IMG/VR virus record: IMGVR_UViG_3300037264_004886
Coordinates: 1-62,134 of that record
Reading direction: 5' to 3' (one strand)
Length of the DNA stretch: 62,134 bases
Source: a virus
Taxonomy: Duplodnaviria; Caudoviricetes
Below are positions 52,241 through 62,134 of this stretch, piece after piece. The first letter of the stretch is position 1. Every line of letters starts with the position of its first letter. The translations under genes and the position numbers were made by a program. The notes beneath the pieces are model-generated. The model had not been told where the DNA came from. It was given only the letters and a program-made list of their open reading frames with translations, and did no database searches.

Positions 52241-53127
52241 ATAATACTTCTTTTCTATATTTGGTATATGCCAAATTATCGTGACCTGTTGAGCGTTCAG
52301 ATTATTTTCGGTGCGGTGTTTACGTTGCTGGCGGGAATTATTGCTGTCAACATAACCACGTTTTTGCAATGGAACCAGAACACTATTAATGCGTTACTGT
52401 TTGCGTTCATTGTGATGTACCTGTTGAAAGACGGAGTACCGAACTTAATTCTGGGGTTGCAGGAATACTTTACACCGAAAGAGAACCGAAGTGTTGATCA
52501 GAAAAAACAAGGAATGATGGAGGATTAAAATGGGAGAAGGAAGAAGTTTTACAGAAGAAGAAGTTAAAGAGATGATGAACCGACAAGCGCTGAACATCAA
52601 CCTCAACAATTTCTTTGTGCGGGCACTAAGCAACCCACAGGCAATCGGACTAACCAAAGAAGAGCGGGACGCCGGGGACTATGCATATCGGGTGTTTATG
52701 GCTCCTCCCCAGGCACAACCACAGAAAACCGAAAGTTCGGACGGTCCGGGAACGGATTAAGAGCGATTATATGTCCGAGATGAGTTTGAGAGACGATGGG
52801 TTCAATGCGGTGTATGCGATTCTAGCAATACTACTCGAAGGTGCGTGTTGGTTTACATTGGTAACCGAAACCGTGACATTGCTGGACGTTTTCATAATTA
52901 CCGTGATAATGGTGGCAATTCCGATTTGGTGGGGTTTCTGTTCGTTCAGTGTGACGGACACTCCGCATAAAATCCCATCATAACTTTCTCTTTTTTCAAT
53001 CAACAACAAAGTTTATATTCATAATAAACGTATATACGTATATGCGTTTAGAGAACAGGTGTAAATACCTTAAATCTGATTGTGAGGGCGCAATGCTTAC
53101 GTGTGAAGACAAATCAGATGAAGGTGT

Positions 53128-53370
53128 GTGTCCGAAATCCCGGAACCGTTGGGTTATAACTACGGCGTGTTGGAGGATAAAGAAATGATATACGACCACA
53201 CTACACTTGCAGTAACGGAATTAACCCGGTATTTGTTCCGACAAGTGGCTGTCAAAAAGGGAATGTTTCTTTATAATTATCTGGAAGAACTCGCGAAAGC
53301 CGAAGCTCTTAAAGAGGGTATAAAAATATCCCAAGAGGTACAAAATGAGGTACAGAATGAACCTTCATAA
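53128..53370 (+). CDS. Possible ribbon-helix-helix regulator
   Basis: TTLAV followed by two short helices; palindrome upstream at 53026-53049. Confidence 0.4.
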   Translation: MSEIPEPLGYNYGVLEDKEMIYDHTTLAVTELTRYLFRQVAVKKGMFLYNYLEELAKAEALKEGIKISQEVQNEVQNEPS

Positions 53371-53564
53371 ACTATTGGCGTGGATATTGCTTTCTGTGGG
53401 CGTTCTGTTCGGTGCGATAGTTCTGTTCTACGCCGGGTATATGCAGACACATGACTTGATACGGGCGGGTGTGTCGGCAGTTGTGTTGACTATGGTGGTG
53501 TGTGGTGTTGCAGCACTTGTCTTTTACAAGCGACCGGATCCGCTTGCACCCGCTGAGTACGGAG

Positions 53565-55265
53565 ATGATGATAACGATGACGATAACTAAAAAACAACTG
53601 TGGCAAGCGGTAATTGATATCGGGTTCTGGGGGGGGTTGATTTTCGTGTTGATATTAACGGTTGCGGTGTGCTCTCCCGCCCACGCAAATATCAATATCA
53701 CCCCATATCCAACCGAAACTCCCACAATAACGTATACGTTCACTCCGATACCTACCACGACAATCCCCACGGTAACCTATACCCAGTTACCGACCCCGAG
53801 CACGACAATAGTGGTCCAACCAACCAATCTTACGTCACCATCAGTAGAACCGATAAAACGGATTGAGCAGGGCGAGACCGTCTATCTCGGAGACACCTAC
53901 GATATTTCAGGAGTTGTCGGGTGGGCGACATACCTGGCGTGGTATAACAGTTACGAGCCGGAGCCGGGCGTAACCCCGTGGACGTTACAACTCCCGAACA
54001 CTAAAAAGGGGTACTATATGTTTTACATCGACCCACTAGTATTCTCTGATAAGTTGGGCGACTGGTATCAGTATTATGGAAATTATGAAAGTGCCGGGAA
54101 CCTACGGGCGTTCCGGGTAGCCCCCGCGAGCGAGAAACCGATAACGTATATGAATGTCACTGAGAACAAAACAATTGCCGAAAACAAAACCGCTGAGAAG
54201 CCGTGGTTACCGGTCCGGCACGTTGCCGATTACCTGATTGCCCGGGGGGACTCGTTTAATATCACGGTTAACAGTCCGACTACAATGTGGCTGTTCGGGA
54301 CGAACACCGGGATTTACGATACCAAATCGTTTAATGGAACCATCCAAATTAACGCCAGCGTGATGAACTCGTTGGAACCTGGAAGGTATAGGTTACTGTT
54401 GCAAACCTACGGGCAGAACATTGACGATTTCACGATGCGGTATAACGTAGAAACCCAAAAACTCGAATGGTTTGATTTCAAGAATTTTCTGGTTTACAAA
54501 TGGGACGTGTCTGGGTATTCTCCGCAAGTTCTATACAACAAGATAATCGAGATCCGCCCGCAACTGATTGATACGTTCTCCGAATATACATTCGAGCTGC
54601 AGGAACCGTCAGTCAGTATCACGCAAATCGATCCGAGAACCGTATCAGAATACGGACATCTGATGAGTGGGCAGGAATACGTCAACAACCAGACGTATTT
54701 GGATATTCGCGGGTATACGAACGTCGCCCCAGGAACGAAACTATACTTTGTAATTGACGAAGATAAACAAACTCCGCTTACGATTAACCGAAGCACCATT
54801 ACGGGCGAAGTATGGGGGGAGTATGGAGGAGATATGCGATACTTCGTTTCGGTTGTGCCGGTCGACAAGTACGGTGCGGGGATCGGACAACATGAAATAA
54901 CTGTCACAACGGCGCTGGGGGGTAGTTCGATTGTACCGTATTACGTTTACGACGCTCCGGTGGGTACTTACGTCAGGGACAAACCCATAAGATATATTGC
55001 GGGGAGGATTGGGGACACAGAGTTCGTCCAGACGCCCACTCCGGAAATAATCGTAAAAGAAGTGACGAAACAAGTTACGGTTATCAGAACAGTTACGATC
55101 CCGGTTACTCCGAGTAAAGATTTTGTGCGGGCGCAGCAAGACGCTGTGATTACGGATAAGATTTGGTTCTACGGAAAATGGGTGTTAGGACTGATTGGTG
55201 CCGGGTTGGTTGTCGGATACATCGGATGGGTTGTGGTGCGGGCGCGACGGGGGAAGAAGGAATGA
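53565..55265 (+). CDS. Surface glycoprotein, DUF3821-like, Thr-Pro linker, C-terminal TM anchor
   Basis: I.QGETVYLGDTYDISGV resembles Methanomicrobiales DUF3821 proteins; TM at both ends. Confidence 0.55.
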   Translation: MMITMTITKKQLWQAVIDIGFWGGLIFVLILTVAVCSPAHANINITPYPTETPTITYTFTPIPTTTIPTVTYTQLPTPSTTIVVQPTNLTSPSVEPIKRIEQGETVYLGDTYDISGVVGWATYLAWYNSYEPEPGVTPWTLQLPNTKKGYYMFYIDPLVFSDKLGDWYQYYGNYESAGNLRAFRVAPASEKPITYMNVTENKTIAENKTAEKPWLPVRHVADYLIARGDSFNITVNSPTTMWLFGTNTGIYDTKSFNGTIQINASVMNSLEPGRYRLLLQTYGQNIDDFTMRYNVETQKLEWFDFKNFLVYKWDVSGYSPQVLYNKIIEIRPQLIDTFSEYTFELQEPSVSITQIDPRTVSEYGHLMSGQEYVNNQTYLDIRGYTNVAPGTKLYFVIDEDKQTPLTINRSTITGEVWGEYGGDMRYFVSVVPVDKYGAGIGQHEITVTTALGGSSIVPYYVYDAPVGTYVRDKPIRYIAGRIGDTEFVQTPTPEIIVKEVTKQVTVIRTVTIPVTPSKDFVRAQQDAVITDKIWFYGKWVLGLIGAGLVVGYIGWVVVRARRGKKE

Positions 55266-55906
55266 ACGAACCATTATATCCACACGAACAAGCAATAAAT
55301 TGGATTGAAAACCACCCTTTCAAAGGTTTTTTATTTTTGATGGTGTTTATTTTTGTTATCACCGTGTTTATCCTCGTGCTTATAGTTATGGCAAACACTC
55401 CGGGAAATTTTGTATATGATTCGCAACCACATTGGACGATCTGTATGATAAATGGTTCTTACCGAGGGTGTTACAAATGACAACTCCCGAGTACCGCGAG
55501 ATGTGCATGTGCAACGGGAAGGTACAGCACCCGTCCCGGAACGCAGCGAGGATGGCAAGAAAAGGATTGGTGCGAAAGCATCCGGGAACCGGGATAAGCG
55601 TTTATAAGTGCCCGTTCTGTAAGTGGTGGCACGTCGGGAGGGATCGGAAATGAACTTTCCATTCTTCAAAAAGAAACCAACCGCCCCACAAAAACCACAA
55701 CTCCAGAGCTCTAAGCAACCACCGAAACTTAAGATGCCTGTAAAAGGTGTTGGCATTTCAACGCTATTGCACTTTAAACCGATTCGGAATGCTTATTTGA
55801 ATATTATCATAGGGGATGTGAAAAAGGTGCTTAAACGTGATGAAAAGAGTATGCAAGATAAAATGGAGTATGAAGATTTCATGGAACAGCATTTCGGGAG
55901 GTTCCG

Positions 55907-56451
55907 ATGATAAGTCGCGAACTTAAAATCAAAATGCTTTTTGTTGGAACCGCGATACTCCTCTTAATCATTGCCATAAATGGCTTTAATCTTCTTAGCT
56001 CGCAGCAGTACTATGAACAAAAACTTCACGACAAACAAGTCGATTGTGATCTCTGTTTGAAAACCAGTTCTGAATGCTATAACAACTGCACGCTTGTTGG
56101 CAGGGACGGAACCGTAATTTCATTCTCTCCGAAATTCATAACTCAAAATTTAACGTGGGGGTTCAAATGATTAAAAAACTTGTTGCACTTGCCAACAAAT
56201 ATCAAATTGTGGTTGCGTTCATTTGTTTCCTGATAGCGATAGCAACCATCCATACTGTCGGTATGGACTTGTTGGAACGATCCACATTAAACCCGGAGTG
56301 GACAGAACGCATCGATGCAGAGAACACAAACTGTAATCTGTGCCTGGCGCAGTTCCCGCAAACGAACTGTACGGTTGATAGCACTACCCGGGCGTGTGAA
56401 GCGTTAAAAGATTACTGTGTGGGGAATTGTACGAGAACGGCATACACATGA
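55907..56451 (+). other. Two paralogous TM-anchored Cys-rich proteins (55907-56170, 56167-56451)
   Basis: CDLCL...NCT and CNLCL...NCT. Confidence 0.55.
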
Positions 56452-56496
56452 AAAGCATACACAAGATATTTAAGCATACACTACCGTTATAAGTGT

Positions 56497-56775
56497 ATGC
56501 TAAAAAATGAGCGTGGCATACGCATTACAAAAGAGTTGAGAGATAAGATCAAACACAATGCGAGCATACACAAAATGAGTATGTGCGAATATTTGGAGAG
56601 GATAACAATCATGGATAACCAACCAGATATTATTGATTCCGAGCGAGTGAAATTATTAACTGATGAGCAACTCAAAAGTCATCTTGCCGCATACAACAGA
56701 ATGGTGTGTGAAGTGCAAGAACTTCAAAAAGGAATCGCAGAATTGCAAGCAACGCTGGATTGCCAAAGGTTATGA
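56497..56775 (+). CDS. Ribbon-helix-helix-like regulator with coiled coil
   Basis: GIRITKELRDKIK..A....SM.EYLE; GCATACAC repeats over its promoter. Confidence 0.55.
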   Translation: MLKNERGIRITKELRDKIKHNASIHKMSMCEYLERITIMDNQPDIIDSERVKLLTDEQLKSHLAAYNRMVCEVQELQKGIAELQATLDCQRL

Positions 56776-57215
56776 CCAAACTATTCTGGGGTATAAATTC
56801 ATACTTTACCCTATGTGATATCTGCGGAAATCAAGTTGTTGGAGGGCGGTTCAAACGCGGATATCACACATGTTCACCAGAATGTAATAAAAAGAAGTGG
56901 GATAACTGGAGTAAAATAATTATAGAAGAGGAGAAAAACGCAACCGGCATCAGACCAAAACTGTTTTGGCAGTCCATATCAAGAGAATGTTTAGTGCGTG
57001 ATGGATGGACGTGTCAGAAATGTGGTATCACCCAAGATCAGCTTATCAAACGCGGTGTTGATAATATGCTGCATTGCCATCATAAGAGACAAATAAAAGA
57101 CGGGGGTTCCAACAAACTTGAAAATCTAATAACTCTGTGCCCACAATGTCACAAAGAAGAGCATTCCCGTATAGGGAAAATTAAACGAATGCATCGCCAG
57201 CTGGTGTTTAAATGA
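56772..57215 (+). CDS. HNH endonuclease
   Basis: RDGWTCQKC...HHK...GGSN..ENLITLCPQCH. Confidence 0.85.
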   Translation: MTKLFWGINSYFTLCDICGNQVVGGRFKRGYHTCSPECNKKKWDNWSKIIIEEEKNATGIRPKLFWQSISRECLVRDGWTCQKCGITQDQLIKRGVDNMLHCHHKRQIKDGGSNKLENLITLCPQCHKEEHSRIGKIKRMHRQLVFK

Positions 57216-57817
57216 TCCCGGGTAATTATGTCTTTAGCGTGGCATTTTTCATCACGTTAGTATATGCTTCGTATCTAGATATCAAAACCAGAGTTGTTCC
57301 GTTTAAAACGTGGACTCCTATAATTGCTATTGGAATTGTTTACACATCTGAGTATCTAATCACAATGGGATATTTTGTCAATGGTGTTCTGTGGGGGTTA
57401 ATTGTTGTTTTGTTTTTGTATGCTAGATTTAATCAATCCATAAAACTGTACCACATCTTATCTATTCTCATCGTTTTTGGAGTAGTGGCGTATTTTCTTC
57501 CATCACAGTATATTTTATTTCTCTGTTTGATATGTGGGTTGTTTTACACGTTGGGGTGTTTAAATGTTATTGGGGGGGCTGATGCGTGGGTGCTTATATT
57601 CATTACATTATTCTCTCCAGAAAACCAATATCTATCTATAACTGTATTTATAATCGCGGTTTTTATTACTGTGTTTTGTTTGATAATAGTTTCGATAATA
57701 AAACACTTGTCTCATTCGGATGTTAAAAGTCTGTTAATAACATACAAAATTCCATTTATTATTCCTATTACTGTTGGGTACATTTTGATACAAATATTTA
57801 TATGGTTATGGAGTTGA
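57212..57817 (+). CDS. A24-family prepilin/prearchaellin peptidase (PibD/FlaK-like)
   Basis: YASYLDIKTRVVP (first Asp), IGGADA (GxD), C-terminal IPFIIPI..G; polytopic. Confidence 0.8.
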   Translation: MIPGNYVFSVAFFITLVYASYLDIKTRVVPFKTWTPIIAIGIVYTSEYLITMGYFVNGVLWGLIVVLFLYARFNQSIKLYHILSILIVFGVVAYFLPSQYILFLCLICGLFYTLGCLNVIGGADAWVLIFITLFSPENQYLSITVFIIAVFITVFCLIIVSIIKHLSHSDVKSLLITYKIPFIIPITVGYILIQIFIWLWS

Positions 57818-57826
57818 TTTAGCGTT

Positions 57827-58093
57827 ATGACGGTTTCAAAATTAATCTTCGCAGTAGCGATTGTGTTTATGATGGTTATCGGTATCGGGTTTGCGATTGT
57901 AAACCTTTCATCAGTTACGATAACCGACACGTATGGTTCAGCGCCCTCGTCTACAGTAAATGACACTACGGCAATGCTGACGAACGTAACAGCCGTCGGG
58001 CAGTCTGCCGGGACGGGGTTGTTGCTGGTAATAGCGGCACTGTTGGTAATGACGGCGGTTGGATTGTTGATTGTATACGGGAGGTCTAAATGA
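57827..58093 (+). CDS. 88-aa hydrophobic hairpin protein, capsid-like
   Basis: Two hydrophobic helices with Thr/Ser linker; GLLLVIAALLV resembles the MCP C-terminal helix. Confidence 0.5.
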   Translation: MTVSKLIFAVAIVFMMVIGIGFAIVNLSSVTITDTYGSAPSSTVNDTTAMLTNVTAVGQSAGTGLLLVIAALLVMTAVGLLIVYGRSK

Positions 58094-58474
58094 ACGTTGA
58101 TTGCAAAGCGTGTCGGTATGAAGATACGTGCAGTTGGACGTTCAAGCACGATCAGGAATTGTCGGATGATATGTGTCTGTTGTTCCAACCAGACCAGGGG
58201 ATATTAAGCTCCAGAAACTGGACCTAATCAACTCACTTTATTTTTGAGAGTGCAGTATTAAACGACATCTTCCCCAAACACTCCTGCACTTTATCATTCT
58301 TTACAAAGAACAGAACTATCTTTTTCGGTTTGTGTTTTAGGGGGGTCCCATCTTTCATCGTTAACGATTCAAAATTGTAGAAGTTGTCCTGCCCAGGAAC
58401 CTGAAACAAAAAACTCCGTTGCGGCATTTAACAAAGAATAGAACGAAGAGGTATAAAAAAGTTGTTGCGGATGG

Positions 58475-61400
58475 TTATCTCTTTCTTTTCGCAGGAACCT
58501 TAAACGGCGTAACCGACATTCTCGGCATCCTCGCAGGCTTGACGGGTTGAGCAAATCCTTTCTTACACGCCGGACGTATGAGAACCGCGTTCTGCTGAAC
58601 CGGGGTAGATGTTGGTGATGGGAGTTGAGGTCCGGCTATTCCGAATATCTGGTGCTGGCGGGGTTTTGAGTGAACTGCTACGGGGACTTTTACTATCCTT
58701 ACTGGCGTTCGCTTCGTTGCTACGGCTGCGGGGGTCTTAGCCCGGGGTTTTCCCTGCATCGCAAACCCAAGGTACTCAGTATATTTCCCATACTTCGTTC
58801 CGTGTGCCGGGCTCTGACCACCGGAGCCGCCGGGGAATGGGAGTATTGGCAATCCTATTTTTTTAGGGATGTCTATATTCCATCGTGGTTTTCCGGGTTC
58901 TGGCAAATCCGGATACTTTGGTAAATATGGGGTTACAACCGGAGTAACTTTCGGGTATGATGTGGGGAATGGGGTTACAGTTGCAAAAACATCTGTAATA
59001 GATGTCGCTGTCGAACCGGCGTGCGAAACTCCCGTAGCCTCTCCGGTTGCTATATCCGATCTCGTTCCGGTTTCAATACCTCCCTTCGTTCCCCATAATG
59101 TTCCCGCAGTCACATATCCGGATGCTTCCGATTGTGCGGCAGCAAGTTTGCTGGCGTAATCTGTAGCAAACGTTGGTTTTGTTATGTTATGGGATTCTGA
59201 TTTTATTTTGGATTTTACACCAAACTTAGATACCACTCCGCTTTTGATTGCATCCATTTCAGTTATAGCGGATACTTCGCCCGTTTTCACATTCAAACCG
59301 TATGACGGAATGGTTGCGGTCTCTATCTCGACAGATGCTTTCGGTATTGAAATTACGTTTCCAATACTTACGCCAACGCCCTGCCCCATACGTATCATCT
59401 CTTTGGTGTTTGAATCAACATCACCGATGGTTTGTTTCGCTCCGTAACTTAACGTATCAAATTGTGTAGATGGTGATACTTGAACTTCCGCACCGAACAA
59501 TATTTTAGACATGATATCTGTGGGTTGTGCTACGTTGGAATCTATGGTAGATTTCTGTCCGACGCTTGGTATATGGAACGATCCAAATACGGTTTCAAAT
59601 CCGGTTTTTACACTGGAATCGTAATCCATCCGGTCGTACGATCGAGTGTATGATGGGGTGATTGTTTTTGATTTGGTTTTGGTTTTCTCCGGTTCTTTGG
59701 TGATAATTACTTTCGGCTTCTCTTCCGAAACCAACGTTTCGCTTTGAAGGGGTTTTAGTGCGGGGGTTAATAATAGCGTCGGGGTCGCTGGTTTTGTTAC
59801 AGTCCCTCCAGAACCGCCTTTAAAAAATCCACCACCATCACTACCGGAATCGTCTCCGCCACCACTCATATGCGCCAACACGTTTACAGGCGTTACTTCA
59901 CCACTCTTTGTTATAAATCCCCCGGTCGCGATTGCGTCAATATCTCCCATTAACAATCCCCCGGATGCCAGTTGAGAGAACGGGATTATCGCAGGGTGTT
60001 GTCCACCATAGGCTGATAAGTCTGGTAGTGTTTCCGGTTCCACAGTGTGCTTTTTCTGTTTAATCACTACTTTTTTCGCGGGTTCTGGTTTTGCAGGTTC
60101 TGTTACTTTTTGAGATTCTATAGTTTGTGGCGTTTGCTGTTTGGGTGGTTCGATTGCTTGTGGAGGACCCACTTCAAGCGCCCACTTATCGTATGGTGAT
60201 AGTTCTTTTGATTCTGAGATTGGAGCGGAATCTAAAACGAAATCCGCGTGTTCAATTACAAACGGGGCGGGGGTTGTCGTTTTAACCGTTTCAATTACTT
60301 CTGGAGTTGGATGTGTTTGTTTTTTTGCCGGAGTGTCGGATAACGTATAGATTTTTGCGTTTTCAAACTTTCCTTTATGGAAAGATACTTCGACGGGTTC
60401 TTCTCGGATTCCAATTACATAATAAGGTTTTGTTTTAATTATCAATTCTTGCTGTACTGGATCGAGTAACGCAGGAGTAAAATCAGACGGTTTATATTCC
60501 AAAAGTATATTTGAGCCTCTACTATAAAGTAAAGCCACCTCTTTCGTTCCTGCAAACGAACGAATTGATCCCGGAGTATAAACATCCCCGACAAATTTTT
60601 TCTCTAATTTTTTTGTTCCGGTTCCCTGCACCCCTCTATATAATGTTCTACCCCGCACATCCGCCCCGAATTTTTCTATTCCCATCGCCAAATCAATTGC
60701 ATGTTTTCCATAAACTGCCGTTGCAACAAAACCCATCACCGGATCTTTGTATAATGCTGACCCCCGCACCACACGAGCCATAGATGAGAAATCTCTTCCG
60801 GTATACAATTCGACAGCATATTCCACCGATTTGTATGTTGGAGAATATACTTTAGAAATCAATCCAGAAACGGGTCTTTCTTGATTGCGTTGTAATACAC
60901 TGACCATATCTGATATTGACTGTGGAGTATACCCCATTCTTGGAGTGAAAAACACATCTGTCATTAGTTTGTTATCTGCATCAGATAATTGTCCATATGG
61001 TGCCCCTCCCAACACCCCAGGCATCGTTGGAACTATCGGGGGAAGCACCAACCCTCCAGGTGCATTAAACTGTGGTGTAACCTTTGACCCCGGCGCTTCT
61101 GCAAACTCAAATGTCGGTTGTTTTACTGTTTGTCCGACTTCGATTTTTGGGACAATATCAAATCTCGGGGCGTCTTCAACCCTTGGAACTTCCACAGGTA
61201 TTTCGGGTATCACAAGATCGATTGGTTGTGCAGGCAATTCTTTCTTTATGGGTTCTGGGGATATCGCACCTTCCGCCTTTGCAAGTATATTTTTGCCCAT
61301 ACCCGGCAACCCGGCAATAATCACAAATCCCCGCCCGGGGATATTCATAACTTGATTGTATCCTTGACCGGGCGCATTGAATAGTTGGCTCTCCGGAACG

Positions 61401-62134
61401 TCAACTATTTTCGGAAGTACGAATCCCCCCGGCACATTTACTTGTGGTCTGTCTTCCCACATCTCTTGAACCTTTAAACCGCCTTCAATTGTCTGTTCAA
61501 CGGTTGCTTTGGACTCTCCCGGAGAGACGTATTCAAATGGGTTCTGGATTGACGCCCGGTACGCTTCATAGTCTGCCGTTGTTTTTCCGGGGTTGTTGTT
61601 TAACCAATTGGACTTAGCACCTGCCTGTTGCTCTTTCATTGTCCATTCTAAACCCATCCCAACAAGTGTAGTTCCTACAACACCCCCGGCTAACCACGCA
61701 AACGGCACGGCTGCTGGAGAGATTGCTGTAGTGTCCAGTGCCAATCCCCCGGCGCCAGAGAATAGTTCTGGTGCTGAAGCGTATCCAACGGTTCCAGCAA
61801 TACCGCCCATCCCAACAACTTTTTTAAAAGCGTTTAAAAAGTTCTGGTCGGGGCTTTCCTTCCCTCCGGTCGTCCCCCCAAACAAATCTGTTTTTGGAAC
61901 TTGGAACACGTTTCCAATCCCGCCAAGTTTGTCCATTATATTAATCTGGAACCAATCTTTCGTTTCCGGAGTTGTCGTGATCTTTGTAGTTGTGGTGGCA
62001 GTTGTGTTCGTTATCACCTGTGGATTTTGAATTTCCATTTGGTTAAGCACATCTACTTTTGCGTTTGTGGTTCCGATAAGAGCATTATATTGGTTTGCTT
62101 TTGTTGTATACTCAATAAATCCGGGTTCGCTTCC
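58475..62134 (-). CDS. 3' part of the giant ~1716-aa protein with ADP-ribosyltransferase-like domain
   Basis: YTGRDF..M.R.VRG, TLYRG, IRSFA, QQELII at ~60340-60830; basic C-terminal tail. Confidence 0.75.
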   Translation of the reverse strand, partial: GSEPGFIEYTTKANQYNALIGTTNAKVDVLNQMEIQNPQVITNTTATTTTKITTTPETKDWFQINIMDKLGGIGNVFQVPKTDLFGGTTGGKESPDQNFLNAFKKVVGMGGIAGTVGYASAPELFSGAGGLALDTTAISPAAVPFAWLAGGVVGTTLVGMGLEWTMKEQQAGAKSNWLNNNPGKTTADYEAYRASIQNPFEYVSPGESKATVEQTIEGGLKVQEMWEDRPQVNVPGGFVLPKIVDVPESQLFNAPGQGYNQVMNIPGRGFVIIAGLPGMGKNILAKAEGAISPEPIKKELPAQPIDLVIPEIPVEVPRVEDAPRFDIVPKIEVGQTVKQPTFEFAEAPGSKVTPQFNAPGGLVLPPIVPTMPGVLGGAPYGQLSDADNKLMTDVFFTPRMGYTPQSISDMVSVLQRNQERPVSGLISKVYSPTYKSVEYAVELYTGRDFSSMARVVRGSALYKDPVMGFVATAVYGKHAIDLAMGIEKFGADVRGRTLYRGVQGTGTKKLEKKFVGDVYTPGSIRSFAGTKEVALLYSRGSNILLEYKPSDFTPALLDPVQQELIIKTKPYYVIGIREEPVEVSFHKGKFENAKIYTLSDTPAKKQTHPTPEVIETVKTTTPAPFVIEHADFVLDSAPISESKELSPYDKWALEVGPPQAIEPPKQQTPQTIESQKVTEPAKPEPAKKVVIKQKKHTVEPETLPDLSAYGGQHPAIIPFSQLASGGLLMGDIDAIATGGFITKSGEVTPVNVLAHMSGGGDDSGSDGGGFFKGGSGGTVTKPATPTLLLTPALKPLQSETLVSEEKPKVIITKEPEKTKTKSKTITPSYTRSYDRMDYDSSVKTGFETVFGSFHIPSVGQKSTIDSNVAQPTDIMSKILFGAEVQVSPSTQFDTLSYGAKQTIGDVDSNTKEMIRMGQGVGVSIGNVISIPKASVEIETATIPSYGLNVKTGEVSAITEMDAIKSGVVSKFGVKSKIKSESHNITKPTFATDYASKLAAAQSEASGYVTAGTLWGTKGGIETGTRSDIATGEATGVSHAGSTATSITDVFATVTPFPTSYPKVTPVVTPYLPKYPDLPEPGKPRWNIDIPKKIGLPILPFPGGSGGQSPAHGTKYGKYTEYLGFAMQGKPRAKTPAAVATKRTPVRIVKVPVAVHSKPRQHQIFGIAGPQLPSPTSTPVQQNAVLIRPACKKGFAQPVKPARMPRMSVTPFKVPAKRKR
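62000..62134. repeat. Terminal overlap, right copy
   Basis: Matches 1-135 at 133/135 positions. Confidence 0.95.

Noticed and set aside
61285-61345. Walker A-like IIAGLPGMGKN in the giant protein
   Set aside because: Lacks S/T after K and is followed by Pro-rich sequence with no Walker B.

Overview
The window looks like an essentially complete circular genome (~61,999 bp; 135-bp end overlap) of a non-tailed archaeal virus or virus-like element. Archaeal origin is supported by PCNA, TATA promoters, GAGGTGA ribosome-binding sites, an archaeal-type A24 peptidase and PKD-rich surface proteins; a Methanomicrobiales host is plausible but inferred. I found no HK97 capsid, portal, terminase or DNA polymerase. 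The apparent morphogenesis genes are twin hydrophobic-hairpin capsid-like proteins with pilin-like leaders, a prepilin peptidase, a Zot-like ATPase, an SDH/ClpP-like protease and a 1585-aa Gly-rich/PKD/LamG adhesin. Replication and recombination use a bacteriophage-style module (prim-pol/helicase, Sak4-like ATPase, DUF669 SSB, Cas4-like nuclease, SF2 helicase, VRR-NUC) plus PCNA and a minimal tyrosine recombinase. DNA-modification genes include two MTases, an IbrA/IbrB-like pair and a radical SAM protein. A ~1716-aa protein crossing the circular junction carries an ADP-ribosyltransferase-like domain. The most striking locus (40.4-41.9 kb) is a stand-alone Cas7/RAMP-like gene followed by hairpin-punctuated arrays of 5-nt units (constant CAC triplet plus variable dinucleotide). 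A second, orphan 5-nt array (GGY+NN) lies at 5.45-5.56 kb. Together these suggest a candidate non-CRISPR RNA-guided system with a gapped guide code. All family assignments come from motifs read by eye and need HMM or structure confirmation.
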